A stretch of DNA of 64,000 nt. Source: Candidatus Methylomirabilota bacterium (lineage in GTDB: Bacteria; Methylomirabilota; Methylomirabilia; Rokubacteriales; CSP1-6). Positions 10,485 through 21,021 of the stretch are shown in pieces. The notes beneath the pieces are model-generated. The model saw only the letters and a list, made by a program, of their open reading frames with translations. It was not told the DNA's origin and made no database searches. The DNA lies in assembly GCA_046726415.1 (NCBI GenBank), contig JBKPAK010000015.1, positions 14,279-78,278 on the forward strand, written 5' to 3'. The position numbers and the translations under genes are program-made. Within the stretch, counting starts at the first letter, position 1. The number at the start of each line of letters is the position of its first letter.

Positions 10485-10933
10485 GCCAGGCGATCGTCCG
10501 TCTCTACCGGCCTGAGGACTTCGATCCGGTCAACGACTTGTGGCGCCGTGCCCGCGTGCAGGCCTTGCCCGAGTTCCAGGCGCGCATGGGGCACACCGCC
10601 GAGGAGGACCGCGCCTATTTCCGCACGGTGGTGCTGGTCAAGAACGACGTGTGGGTCGCTGAGCTGGGCGGGCGGCCGGCCGGCTTCATGGCCATTGCCT
10701 GTGATTTCATCGACCAGCTCTACGTTGACCCGGATCATCAGCGCCGAGGCATCGGGCATACGCTGCTCGCGCACGCCAAGCAGCTCTCACCGTCCGGCCT
10801 GCGACTGTTCACCTTGCAGATCAACGCGAATGGCCGCGCCTTCTATGAGAAGGAGGGCTTCGCGGTGGTGAAGTTCGGCGTCAGCCTGCCGCCGGAGTCC
10901 GAACCGGACGTGGAGTATCGCTGGCCAGCGTGA
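10481..10933 (+). CDS. GNAT family N-acetyltransferase
   Basis: LYVDPDHQRRGIGHTLL, N..GRAFYEKEGF; ATGA overlap with the amidase. Confidence 0.9.
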   Translation: MSQAIVRLYRPEDFDPVNDLWRRARVQALPEFQARMGHTAEEDRAYFRTVVLVKNDVWVAELGGRPAGFMAIACDFIDQLYVDPDHQRRGIGHTLLAHAKQLSPSGLRLFTLQINANGRAFYEKEGFAVVKFGVSLPPESEPDVEYRWPA

Positions 10934-10993
10934 GGGAGTGGAGATCCCAGGGGCCCCACCTGCGCCGCGACGAGGACGATGCTGCCGGCCATA

Positions 10994-12103
10994 TCAGGAG
11001 AGCACGGCTGTCTTTCGGCGTTCGATAAGCGCGAAGTCGATGGCGGCGCCCAGGCCGGGTTCATTCATGGCGTGCACCATGCCCTGCGCGTCCACCTCGA
11101 TGTCTTGGGCCAGCCCGTACTTCTGGGCGCCCGCGGGCAGCAGCACCTCGAAGAACTCGCAGTTCTTGATGGCCATGATGACGTGGACATTCGCCACGTT
11201 GTTAACGGAATTGCCGCCGTGGTGCAGCTCGAAATTCATGTGGAAGGCTTCGGCGAGATGCGCCGTCTTCACCAGCGGCGTGATCCCGCCCTTTACCGCC
11301 ACGTCGCCGCGCAGGTAGTCGGTGGCGCGCGCGGTCAGCCAGGGGGCGTAGGCGGTGAAGCCGCCCGGAGTGTACTCGGTGGCCAAGATCGGGATGTGGA
11401 GTTGCTGCTTGAGCTTCACGTAGTTGTAGAGATCGTCGTCGGCCAAGGGATCCTCGTACCAGTGAAAGCCCAGCTCCTGGACGGCCTGGCCCACGCGCAG
11501 AGCCTCCGGGTACTGATAGGCCCACGTCGAGTCGAGCATCACGGTGAAGCCGTCGCCCACCGCCGCCCGCACCGCCTGGCACACTTCGATGTCCACCTTG
11601 GGATCGGTGGGTGGATGGATCTTATAGGCCGTCCAACCCTGCGACTTGAAGCGCACCGCCTCGTCGGCGTAGGCCTCCTTCGAGGCCAGCACGGCCGAGC
11701 TGGCATAGGCCGGCACGCGATCGCGATAGGAGCCGAGGAGCTTGTGGATGGGCAATCCGGCCACCTTGCCGGCGATGTCCCAGAGCGCGACGTCCATGGC
11801 GCCGATGGCGCGGAATGTCGTGTTGCGGTGGCGCGACCACAGCGCCTGCCAGAGGCGCTCGCGATCCAGCGGATCCTGCGCCATCACCATCGGCTTCAAA
11901 TAGTGGATCAGCGAGGCGCCGTCGAACTCGGCGCTGCGCATGGCCGAGCCGAGGAAGGCGTGCCCTTCCATGCCGGCGTCGGTGACCACACGGAGGAGGC
12001 CGAGCTGGCTTTGCCCCCCGAACTTGCCGGTGTGGGTGCCGTACCGGGTGGCCGGGATGTCGCTCCAGGAGAACAGTGTGAGAGTGACGTCAGTGATCTT
12101 CAT
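10994..12103 (-). CDS. Mandelate racemase/muconate lactonizing enzyme family (enolase superfamily)
   Basis: DVALWDIAGK, YKIH, MLD / WYEDP / ATE metal ligands, PGLG. Confidence 0.92.
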   Translation of the reverse strand: MKITDVTLTLFSWSDIPATRYGTHTGKFGGQSQLGLLRVVTDAGMEGHAFLGSAMRSAEFDGASLIHYLKPMVMAQDPLDRERLWQALWSRHRNTTFRAIGAMDVALWDIAGKVAGLPIHKLLGSYRDRVPAYASSAVLASKEAYADEAVRFKSQGWTAYKIHPPTDPKVDIEVCQAVRAAVGDGFTVMLDSTWAYQYPEALRVGQAVQELGFHWYEDPLADDDLYNYVKLKQQLHIPILATEYTPGGFTAYAPWLTARATDYLRGDVAVKGGITPLVKTAHLAEAFHMNFELHHGGNSVNNVANVHVIMAIKNCEFFEVLLPAGAQKYGLAQDIEVDAQGMVHAMNEPGLGAAIDFALIERRKTAVLS

Positions 12104-12519
12104 ACGTCGATGCGCTCCTCGGCGATGGGCTTCCGCGCCGTCATGTTGAAGCGGCCGTCATAGATCGGGCGACCGCCGGTGGTCGGTCCCGGGTACTGCA
12201 CGAAGAGCATGAGTCCCCCCGTCTGCGTGGACAGCGCCGCTTCGAAGTGCGGATCGGGGTAGAAGAGCATCGTCCCCGGCCCGTACATCGCGCCGCCGAT
12301 CTCGAACTGGCCTTTCAGGATGTACCAGACCTGGGCGAAGTCATGCTGGTGGTACGGGTGATGGGAGCCCGGCTCGTAGCGCACGAGCCCGGCATTGGGC
12401 TCGGTGGGGCGCTCCGGGCGCGGATGGAAGAGCATCTTGCTCCATTGTCCGGGCCAGCGCAGCGTTTCCCAGGGACGGTTGTCGACGTGGACGGCCTCGC
12501 ACGGTTGATGTTGGTTCAT
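12100..12519 (-). CDS. Cupin domain protein
   Basis: YEPGSHHPYHQHDFAQVWYILKG...GPGT...HFE; ATG 12519 with GAGGAGG RBS. Confidence 0.82.
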   Translation of the reverse strand: MNQHQPCEAVHVDNRPWETLRWPGQWSKMLFHPRPERPTEPNAGLVRYEPGSHHPYHQHDFAQVWYILKGQFEIGGAMYGPGTMLFYPDPHFEAALSTQTGGLMLFVQYPGPTTGGRPIYDGRFNMTARKPIAEERIDV

Positions 12520-12612
12520 GGTGGACCTCCTCACGGCTGGGCAGACTACCGCAGCCATCTCACCTCGACAAGGTTCGGCTAGTATGCTCGCAATGTTCGG
12601 ATGGAGGGGGCG

Positions 12613-13332
12613 ATGAGCAGACTCGACGGCAAGGTGGCGATCATCACGGGCGGGGCAGGCGCTCTGGGCGGAGCCGTGGTGTCGACCCTTCTGGAGGAGG
12701 GCGCCGCCGTCGTCGTCCCCCACCAGTTCAGCGGAGACCTCGAGAAGCTCCGCGAGCGCGCGCGCATTCCCGCCTCGGCCACCCTGAGCGGCGCCCTCCT
12801 GGAGTTGACCGACGAGCACGCCGTCACTCGCTATTACGGGGAGATCGCGCGGCAGCACTCTGGCGTCGACATCCTCGTGAACCTCGCGGGTGGCTTCGCG
12901 GGAGGCACGCCCGTCCACGAAACCCCGTGGTCGCTGTGGCAGCAGCAGCTCGACACGAATCTGAAGACGGCCGTGCTTTCGTGCGCGGCGGCGGTGCCGC
13001 ACATGCTGGCGCGCGGCGGCGGCGCCATCGTCAACGTGAGCACGCGCACGGCCACCCAGCCCGGGGCCAACCTCGCCGCGTACGCCGCCGCGAAGCGCGC
13101 CGTGCTCCAGCTCACGGAAGCGCTCGCCGCCGAGCTGCGCGAGAAGAACGTCACCGCCAATGCCATCATGCCGAGCGTGATCGACACCCCGACCAATCGC
13201 CAGGGCGATCCGCGCGGAGACTACAGCCGGTGGGTCAGGCCCGAGGAGATCGCGCGCGTCATCCTGTTCCTGGTCGGTTCCGACGCGCGCATCATCAGTG
13301 GCGCGGCCATTCCCCTCTACGGTAGGGCCTGA
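12613..13332 (+). CDS. Short-chain dehydrogenase/reductase
   Basis: TGGAGALG, YAAAK, PSVIDTP. Confidence 0.93.
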   Translation: MSRLDGKVAIITGGAGALGGAVVSTLLEEGAAVVVPHQFSGDLEKLRERARIPASATLSGALLELTDEHAVTRYYGEIARQHSGVDILVNLAGGFAGGTPVHETPWSLWQQQLDTNLKTAVLSCAAAVPHMLARGGGAIVNVSTRTATQPGANLAAYAAAKRAVLQLTEALAAELREKNVTANAIMPSVIDTPTNRQGDPRGDYSRWVRPEEIARVILFLVGSDARIISGAAIPLYGRA

Positions 13333-13446
13333 CCGCGGCGACGAACGCGCGGGGGACGACCGCCGAGGATGTCGCCCGCCTGGACGAGCGGCTGCGGTGC
13401 GGGCGGCCGCTCGGTGGACCGCCAGGCCCGGCGCGGTCAGCCCGCG

Positions 13447-14310
13447 CTACCACTCGAAGTCGTAACGGCGGCGCATGAGCTCGAGATACTCGGAGTCCGG
13501 CATGGCGCGTCCGGTGGCGACGTACTCTTCATCGGTCAGGCGCTGCCGGCCAGCCGTGAGGCGCCTAGCGTCCTCCCCCACCAGGTAGCGCAGTTTCGGT
13601 TGCGCGGTGGTGACTGCCTCGTAGATGACCTCGGCCACGTCAGACGGTTGGCTCGGCATCTTCATCTGCATCTGGTAGAAGAGCAGGAGCCGGTGCACGT
13701 GAGCGGCGTAGGGCGAGGCGGGATCGGCGAACCGCTGGGCCTTGGTGAAAATCGGCGTCACCACGACGCCGGGCTCGATGATGACCACCCGGATCCCGAA
13801 GTCCAGGACTTCCTGGGCCAGCGCCTCGCTCATCGCCTCCAGGGCATGCTTCACCGCGGAGTAGTGACCATGGCCGGCGACGGCCAGCCGGCCGGCGATG
13901 GAGCTGACGTTCACGATGGCCCCGCAGCGGCGCTCGCGCATGCCGGGAAGCACGGCCTGGATCGTGCGGATCGCGCCGAAGTAATTCGTCTCGAACAGGC
14001 CTCTGGCCCAGTCGACGGGCACCTCCTCGATGGGACCGCCCCCGCCGATTCCCGCGTTGTTGACGAGGACGTCGACTCGGCCCGCTCGATCGAGGATTTC
14101 GCCGACGCCGCGCGCGACTGATGCGGGGTCGTTCACGTCGAGCACGACCGGATAGATCGGAAGCTTCTCCGCATCGATGGCCTGCGTCAACTCGGCCGCC
14201 GTGGCCAGGGTGCGGACGCCGGCCTGAACGTCGTGGCCAAGCCGGGCAAAGTGAAGCGCCGTGGCGAGACCGATCCCGCTGCTACTGCCGGTGACGAGAA
14301 CCACGGGCAT
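13447..14310 (-). CDS. Short-chain dehydrogenase/reductase
   Basis: VLVTGSSSGIG, VNNAG, YSAVK, EPG; ATG 14310. Confidence 0.93.
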   Translation of the reverse strand: MPVVLVTGSSSGIGLATALHFARLGHDVQAGVRTLATAAELTQAIDAEKLPIYPVVLDVNDPASVARGVGEILDRAGRVDVLVNNAGIGGGGPIEEVPVDWARGLFETNYFGAIRTIQAVLPGMRERRCGAIVNVSSIAGRLAVAGHGHYSAVKHALEAMSEALAQEVLDFGIRVVIIEPGVVVTPIFTKAQRFADPASPYAAHVHRLLLFYQMQMKMPSQPSDVAEVIYEAVTTAQPKLRYLVGEDARRLTAGRQRLTDEEYVATGRAMPDSEYLELMRRRYDFEW

Positions 14311-14357
14311 GAAAACACCCCCTCGTGAGGGACCACCATCGGATGCTCCCCCTCGGT

Positions 14358-15467
14358 CTAGCGGATACGGTATCGCCGGACCATCGCCTCGTCGAGGACC
14401 AGGCCGAAGCCGGGATCCGGAGCGACGTCCATCATCCCATCCTTGATGGCCGGCCGGTTCGCCCACATCGCCTGCCATACCGGATCGCGCTCGGGATCGG
14501 CAAAGCACTCGACGCAGGTGCCGTGCGGCACCCCCGCCATCAGGTGCTGAGCGATCTGCGGTTCCTCGTGATGGGCCATCTGCACTCCGGCCGTGCCGCA
14601 CAGCGCGGCCGCCCTGCGCCACTCGGTGACCCCGCCACCTTCGGAGGCGTCGAAGTTCACGAGATCGACGGCGCGAGCCTCGACCAGTCGCCGCACGGCG
14701 TGGCTGGTGATCTCGCACTGGCCGGCGGTGATGGGAAGGCGCGTGGCCTGGCGCATCCGCGCCATCATCGCCACGTCGTCGTACCAGTGACAGGGCTCCT
14801 CGAACCAGCGGATCTCCAGATGCTCGACCAGCCGCGCGAAGCGGACGGCGTCGGTGACCGACCAGCCGCGGTTGGCATCCACTGCCAGGATGAAGTCTGC
14901 CCCGGCCGCATGGCGTGCCGCTTCCACGCGCTTGGCATCCGCTTCCGGCGTCAGTCCGCCGACTTTGAATTTGCATCCCGCCATTCCAGCCTGCCGGTAT
15001 GCCTCCATCTCGCGACCGATGTCCCCGAGCGTCTTGCCGTCCATGTAATAGCCGCCGATGGAGATGATGGGCAGGCGATGGCGGTAGCCGCCCAGCAGCG
15101 AACACACGCTCTTGCCCAGGGCCTTGCCCACCACGTCCCAGAGCGCGCAATCGACACAGGCGATGGCTTCCATCAGCGTCTTGCGATTCCGGCTCGCGTG
15201 GGTGAGCGCGAACAGGCTCTCCCAGACGCGCTCTCCCTCGAAGAGGCTCATGCCCTTGACGCGCGGGGCAAGCTCCTCCTGGATCAGCCGTACGATCTCA
15301 CGGCCGTCCTCGCGATTGTCGCCGTTGTAGACCTCGCTGACCAGGCCCTCGTCGGTGCGCAACCGGGTGATCACCGTGCATCGTTTGAGGACGGCGTAGG
15401 TGCTGCCGCCGAAGTTCTTTTTCAGGGGAATTTCGACGGGAATGGCCTCGATGCTATGGATCCGCAT
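14358..15467 (-). CDS. Mandelate racemase/muconate lactonizing enzyme family
   Basis: DCALWD, KFKVG, VDAN, WFEEP, PGFG; ATG 15467 with GGAGAGG RBS. Confidence 0.92.
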   Translation of the reverse strand: MRIHSIEAIPVEIPLKKNFGGSTYAVLKRCTVITRLRTDEGLVSEVYNGDNREDGREIVRLIQEELAPRVKGMSLFEGERVWESLFALTHASRNRKTLMEAIACVDCALWDVVGKALGKSVCSLLGGYRHRLPIISIGGYYMDGKTLGDIGREMEAYRQAGMAGCKFKVGGLTPEADAKRVEAARHAAGADFILAVDANRGWSVTDAVRFARLVEHLEIRWFEEPCHWYDDVAMMARMRQATRLPITAGQCEITSHAVRRLVEARAVDLVNFDASEGGGVTEWRRAAALCGTAGVQMAHHEEPQIAQHLMAGVPHGTCVECFADPERDPVWQAMWANRPAIKDGMMDVAPDPGFGLVLDEAMVRRYRIR

Positions 15468-15878
15468 TCGCCCTCTCCGCCATGTCGCCCTCCGTCGCAA
15501 TGGTCGCGCGGAGTGTAGCAGGCCGTCGGCCCACCATCCAGCAGGCGCCGGAGCGCCCTGGGCTTCACTCTTCGCCATCCTGGATCGCTCCACCGCGGAT
15601 GCTGACCGGGCCCAGGCCCTTGACAGCACTTCGGGCGACCTGTATCAGCAACGCATGCTGGCCCGACCCGGCGGCTCCCTCGACGGCGAGGGGATCCCGA
15701 GGGCATGGCCCCTCTCTTCTTCTACCGGCAAGACGGCGACCGAGGGGGCGCCGGGCCGCCGCAGGATCTCAAGGGCTTCCTCACCAACGATTTGATCGAC
15801 TACTGCAGCTGCCGCGACAAGGAGCGCATCCGGAAGATGGCGCGCCACTGGACGTAGCCGGCCCACTTCGACCAGTCG

Positions 15879-16594
15879 ATGTACAACGTCCAGGTCGAAT
15901 GGGGACGCGATGGTCTCGCCGCCCAGCTGAGCGGGAGTGACGTCATCGTCATCGTCGATGTGCTGTCGTTCTCGACCTGTGTCGATGTTGCGGTCGGTCG
16001 CGGGGCCGCCGTGCTTCCGTTCGGTTCGCCGGGAGCCGAGGCCGAAGCGTTCGCTCGGACCGTGGGCGCCGAATGCGCGACGGCCCGGGGGCAGGGGCAT
16101 TTATCGCTGTCCCCAGCGACGTTGGCGGATCTGGAGAGCGGGCAAAGGTTGTCCTGCCGTCGCCGAACGGCGCTGCGCTGAGCCGCCAGACGGGGCAGGT
16201 CCGTACCTTGACGGCATGCCTGCGCAACGCCGCGGCGGTGGCGCGCGCTGCCGAGCGGGCGGGGCCCCGTATCACCGTCGTGGCGGCCGGGGAGCGCTGG
16301 CCCTCGGGCGCCTTGCGACCTGCTCTGGAGGACTGGATCGGCGCCGGCGCTGTCGTGGCGGCTCTGGATGGAGTCCGGTCGCCGGAGGCGGCCGCAGCAC
16401 AGCATGCCTTCGAGGCGGTCGCTTCGCGTTTGGACTCGGCTCTTCTGGAATGCGTGTCGGGACAGGAGCTTATCGCCCGCGGGTATGAGGGCGACGTGGC
16501 GTGGGCCGCGGCGCTGAACGTGAGCGCGTGCGTCCCGCTCCTCGGCGACGGGGCTTTCATGAACGCGGCCCGTGGCGGCGAACGCGACGCCTGA
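15879..16594 (+). pseudogene. comB: 2-phosphosulfolactate phosphatase (ComB family), split by a 1-nt frameshift at ~16141
   Basis: VIVDVLSFST and SLSP in one frame; VVLPSPNG, CLRNA, RPALEDWIGAG, SGQEL in the other. Adding one G to GGG restores ESGAKVVLPSPNG. Confidence 0.8.
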
Positions 16595-16736
16595 GATTCG
16601 AGCGGTGCCTGTGCCTGGCGACACGCGCGTCGCCGAGATTGGTCCGGCGCCAACGCCGCGGGCGGAGTGCAGTCGATGCGCGAGCCACAGCCCGGGCGTG
16701 GATGTCCCCGGAGTGTCCCGCCGCTCGGGTCGTGCG

Positions 16737-17630
16737 CTACGCGCTCCCGGGCACGACTCCCGCCGGCAGCGACTCGATGTGGGCGCAGATGTCGCGCGGG
16801 CGCGTGAGCCAGATCCGGTCGCGGTGCTTGGCGATGTGCTCGAGGGCGCGCCGGAGTCGCCGGAGGCGATAGGGGCGCCCGATGACGAAGGGGTGGAGGG
16901 AGATCGGACACACCAGGGATTGGCGCTCCGACTGCTCGAGCATCTCGTCGAATTGATCGACGATCAGGTCGGCAAACTCCTCGGAGGTGTAGCGATACCA
17001 GACGATCCCGCGCGTGTCGTTCACCTCGATGGGGTACGGCATGGTCAGGATCCGACCCTTGCGCGTGCGGATCCAGATCGGCTGATCGTCCATCGTCCAG
17101 TCCATCACGTAGCGGTATCCCGCCTCCTGCAGGAGATCCATCGTGATTCCGCTGTTCGAGAGCCAGGGGCTCATCCAGCCGAGGGGCCGCGTGCCTTCGT
17201 GGCGCTCGATGGTGGCGGTGACGCGTTCGATCAGCTCGCGTTCCTCGTTCTCCGGCAGATGACCCTGTTCGTCGGAGTTCGTGACGCCGTGGCCGAGGAT
17301 CTCGTCGCCTCGCGCGCGGAGCCGGCGGGGGATGTCCGGGGCCACCTCGTAGATCGCGCTGTTCATCTGCGCCTCGGCGGGGAGCTGGAGCTGATCCAGC
17401 AGTTCGAAGAGGCGCCAGATGCCCACGCGGTTGCCGTAGTCCCGCCAGCTGTAGACGCTGTGGCTCTGGGCCTGGTCGGGTGGAGCAATGGCGGCGCCCT
17501 TGCCGACGCCGAAGCCGAACGCCTCGATGTTGAGGGCGAGGTAGACGGCCAGCCGCCGGCCTCCCGGCCAGCTGTAGTCCGGCCGCGTGGTGATGTTCGA
17601 GTACTCGTAGCGTCCATGCGTGGGGAGCAT
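16737..17630 (-). CDS. Polysaccharide deacetylase family (PuuE/allantoinase-like)
   Basis: WPGGRRLAV, WRDYGNRVGIWR, EILGHG, GWMSP, SLHPFVIGRPYR. Confidence 0.9.
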   Translation of the reverse strand: MLPTHGRYEYSNITTRPDYSWPGGRRLAVYLALNIEAFGFGVGKGAAIAPPDQAQSHSVYSWRDYGNRVGIWRLFELLDQLQLPAEAQMNSAIYEVAPDIPRRLRARGDEILGHGVTNSDEQGHLPENEERELIERVTATIERHEGTRPLGWMSPWLSNSGITMDLLQEAGYRYVMDWTMDDQPIWIRTRKGRILTMPYPIEVNDTRGIVWYRYTSEEFADLIVDQFDEMLEQSERQSLVCPISLHPFVIGRPYRLRRLRRALEHIAKHRDRIWLTRPRDICAHIESLPAGVVPGSA

Positions 17631-17704
17631 GCCTGGTCCTTTCCTGCCGCCCGCTGATCGTGGCGCCTCAGTAGCTGGAGGTCAAGCCCACGACGGCCGA
17701 GCCC

Positions 17705-18355
17705 CTAGCGCAGGGCCGCCGCCAGGAGGATCGCCCCTGTCGCGATGAGGGCGAGCGCCCAGAGGAGATCGAAGTTGATCCAGCCGCGTCGCAGAACGGC
17801 GACCCCGACCCACTCATAGACGAGGATCGCCACGAGACCCGTCGTCACGAGCATCGCGACGGTGTGCACGCCGACCGCGGCCAGCGCCCTACCGGCCGAC
17901 TCGCTCACCGCCGCCAGCTCGGCCACGTGCTGATGGCCGGCGTGACTGCCGCCGGCCGATAGCTTCAGGAGTACCGGGATCAGCATCAGCCCAGCGCCGT
18001 GGCCGCTCGCCATCAGGAACGACCACAACGTCAGGTCGGCGAATCCGACCTGCATGCCTCCGCGCGCGCGGTGCCGCGCGACCAGCCGGTAGACGCCAAA
18101 GGCGAACAGGAGCAGCGCGCTGACCGCCTGGAGCAGGCGCAGGTCGACGAGGATGCGCAGCGCGGCCAGCGCCGCCACCACGAGGGTGATCGACACGGCA
18201 TGTCCCAGGGCGATCGGCAGCAAGGCCCACAGGACGGCGGCCCGGCTTCGGCGTTGCAGTCCCAGTGCGACGGCGAAGAGCCACCCCATGGCGGGATTGA
18301 TGCCGTGAAACGCGCCCAGGCCGGCGAGGGCCAGCCAAGCCCAGGCGCCGGTCAC
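17705..18355 (-). CDS. His-containing multi-pass membrane protein, companion of SBP56
   Basis: ~6 TM helices; GAFHGINPAMGW, ALGH, SGHGAGL, HAGHQH, VHT. Confidence 0.8.
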   Translation of the reverse strand: MTGAWAWLALAGLGAFHGINPAMGWLFAVALGLQRRSRAAVLWALLPIALGHAVSITLVVAALAALRILVDLRLLQAVSALLLFAFGVYRLVARHRARGGMQVGFADLTLWSFLMASGHGAGLMLIPVLLKLSAGGSHAGHQHVAELAAVSESAGRALAAVGVHTVAMLVTTGLVAILVYEWVGVAVLRRGWINFDLLWALALIATGAILLAAALR

Positions 18356-18418
18356 GGCGAGCGGCGGGTCACGACCGGCGGCTGTCTCTGACGGCCACCG
18401 CCGGTCGCGATGCTCGCC

Positions 18419-19807
18419 TCACGGATAGCAATACGAGTCGGACGAGGAATCGCCTCCCTCGAGACGGATCTGATGCGGCCGGTAGCCTTCACCGAACTCG
18501 AGGAAGAACTTCGGATCGAGGGCAATGCCACCGCTGGGATTGACGTCGGCCTTGACCATCCAGCCTTTGATGCCTTCCGGATAGAACTGCGGGTCCACCG
18601 CACTGTAGAGCGAGTTGGTGAAGTACACGCGGCGCCCGTCGCGGCTGACCTCGACCATCTGCGGCCCGCCGTTGACCGGACCCGACGCGGGGTGCGGCGA
18701 GCGCTTCACGATGCCGCCGATGCGAAGGGAGCCCGCGAGCCTCGGATTGAAGGGATCGGAGACGTCATACTGGCGCATCTCGCCGGTGCCCCAGCAGGAG
18801 GCGTACAGGAACTTGTCGTCGAGCGACAGGTTGATGTCGGTCAGCAGTGGCGGCACCGCCTTGAATCCCTTGAGCAGCGGGGGCAGCTGATCGGGCTCGG
18901 CCGGTTCGGCCGGGATCTCGATGACCTTCTTGACCGCCCACTGCCCGTTCGGCCGGTGCCACACCCAGATCGACGAGGACAGATCTTTGAGACTGATCAC
19001 GCAGCCCGCGAACCCGTACGCCTTGCTCGGATCCCGGGCCTGCCGCAACTCGAAGACCAGCTGGTACTCCGGTCCGAGGTCGATCTCCTGCAGGTGCTTG
19101 CGCCGCCGCAGATCCCACGCATGCAGGCGGTGGCCGTACTGGCCGCCGAGCAACAGCTCCGGCACCAGGCCATTCTCGAACATCTTGGGCGTGCCCCATT
19201 CGCTGGTGATCTGCGTGTCGTGACCGAGATGCCAGGCGAAGTCGTAGGCGAAGAACTGCGGTCCGCGGTCGACCTCCCAGCGCCCGAGCACGTCGTAGCT
19301 GTCGTGATCGAGCAGGAACACGCCGCCCGGTCCATCGCCATCGGGGTTGCCCATCGCATTCAGGTAGATTCCTTCGGGCCCGCAGTGCACGGTGTGGAGC
19401 CGCGAATAGCCGGCGCGCTTGAACACGTCTTGCGGCTCGATCACCTTGACGATCTTCGGCTGGCGTGGATCCGGCCGGGTGTCGAGCACGTAGATCCGCG
19501 ATGAGCGCAGGCCGGGCACGATCAGATATCGACGCTCGACGTGCGGATGCGGTGCGTACGGGCACAGCGCCGAACTGCAGGCATTCCAGCCGAAGTGATG
19601 CAGCTCGTCGCCGATCTCGGGCATCTCGACCCGGCCCACGAGCTGCGCGTACGTCGACGAACGCGAGTCGAGATCGACCACGCCGAGCGCGTCCCCCCGC
19701 CGGCCGCCGGCGTTCAGGATGGCGACGTAGCCGAGCTTCTCGGTCGGCGCCTGCATCGCCAGGCGCGGCGAGGGATAGAACGTTGGATCAGGTGTCCAGG
19801 TCGCCAT
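18419..19807 (-). CDS. Selenium-binding protein SBP56 / methanethiol oxidase (SELENBP1) family
   Basis: [48 protein letters not shown]. Confidence 0.93.
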   Translation of the reverse strand: MATWTPDPTFYPSPRLAMQAPTEKLGYVAILNAGGRRGDALGVVDLDSRSSTYAQLVGRVEMPEIGDELHHFGWNACSSALCPYAPHPHVERRYLIVPGLRSSRIYVLDTRPDPRQPKIVKVIEPQDVFKRAGYSRLHTVHCGPEGIYLNAMGNPDGDGPGGVFLLDHDSYDVLGRWEVDRGPQFFAYDFAWHLGHDTQITSEWGTPKMFENGLVPELLLGGQYGHRLHAWDLRRRKHLQEIDLGPEYQLVFELRQARDPSKAYGFAGCVISLKDLSSSIWVWHRPNGQWAVKKVIEIPAEPAEPDQLPPLLKGFKAVPPLLTDINLSLDDKFLYASCWGTGEMRQYDVSDPFNPRLAGSLRIGGIVKRSPHPASGPVNGGPQMVEVSRDGRRVYFTNSLYSAVDPQFYPEGIKGWMVKADVNPSGGIALDPKFFLEFGEGYRPHQIRLEGGDSSSDSYCYP

Positions 19808-20014
19808 GGCATCTCCTCTCTTGGTCGAATCCCCGTGGACTGTGGACCCCTGCGAGGACTGCGGCGTGGGCCCGAGGACCCGCCACCGGTGCCTGACAGT
19901 GTGGCCAAGCGATGCGCCTTGTCAAGACTCGCGGTAGGCCGCGCCTTCGGCGCCTCGACCATTCCGACGGGGCGGCGTGGTAGTCTTGGCGTCGCGTCGC
20001 CCGCGGAGGCCGAG

Positions 20015-21010
20015 ATGAACATCGCGATTCTCGACGACTATCAGGACACCATCAGGACGCTCGACTGCTTCGGCAAGATCGCCGGCCACGAGGTGGCGAT
20101 CTGGAACGATCACACCAAGGACGTCGACCTTCTCGCCCAACGGCTCAAGAACACGGAGGCGCTGGCCCTGATCCGCGAGCGCACGCCGATCCAGGCGCCG
20201 CTGCTCGAGCGTCTCGACAAGCTCCGCCTGATCAGCCAGCTGAGCGTCTATCCGCACATCGACGTCGCCGCGTGCACGCGGCGAGGCGTCATCGTGTCGT
20301 CGTTCATGGGTGGCGGTCGGCCGTCCTACGCAACGGCTGAGCTCACGTGGGGGCTGATCATTGCCGCCTTCCGGCGCATCCCCCAGGAGATGGCCGCGCT
20401 CAAGGCCGGCAAGTGGCAGGCCCACCCCATTGGCATCGGCCTGCGCGGCAAGACGCTAGGCATTTACGGCTACGGCCGCATCGGCGCCGTCGTCGCCGGC
20501 TACGGCAAGGCGTTTGGCATGAATGTCCTCGCATGGGGCCGCGAGGGATCGCTCACCAGGGCACGCGCCGACGGATGCGCCGGCGCGCCGAGCAAGGAGG
20601 CGCTCTTCGAGCAGTCGGACGTGCTCTCCCTGCACGTGCGCCTGATCCCCGAAACGCGAGGGATGGTCACGGCGGCCGACCTCGCGCGGATGAAGCCGAC
20701 CGCGCTCTTCGTCAACACCAGCCGAGCCGGGCTGGTCGTTCCGGGCGCCCTGGAGACCGCCCTTCGCGCCGGCCGTCCAGGGATGGCCGCGGTCGACGTC
20801 TTCGAAGAAGAGCCCGTCCTCGATGGCCGCCATCCGCTCCTGGCCATGGACAACGCCATCTGTGTGCCGCACCTGGGCTACGTGGAGCGGGACGGCCTCG
20901 AGGCCATGTTCAGCGCGATCTTCGACCAGATGGTCGCATACGCCGACGGCAAGCCCATCAACGTGGTGAACCCCGAGGTCCTGGCCGGCCGCGCGCCGGT
21001 GACCAGCTGA
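20015..21010 (+). CDS. D-2-hydroxyacid dehydrogenase family protein
   Basis: [38 protein letters not shown]. Confidence 0.92.
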   Translation: MNIAILDDYQDTIRTLDCFGKIAGHEVAIWNDHTKDVDLLAQRLKNTEALALIRERTPIQAPLLERLDKLRLISQLSVYPHIDVAACTRRGVIVSSFMGGGRPSYATAELTWGLIIAAFRRIPQEMAALKAGKWQAHPIGIGLRGKTLGIYGYGRIGAVVAGYGKAFGMNVLAWGREGSLTRARADGCAGAPSKEALFEQSDVLSLHVRLIPETRGMVTAADLARMKPTALFVNTSRAGLVVPGALETALRAGRPGMAAVDVFEEEPVLDGRHPLLAMDNAICVPHLGYVERDGLEAMFSAIFDQMVAYADGKPINVVNPEVLAGRAPVTS

Positions 21011-21021
21011 GGACGACGTCC

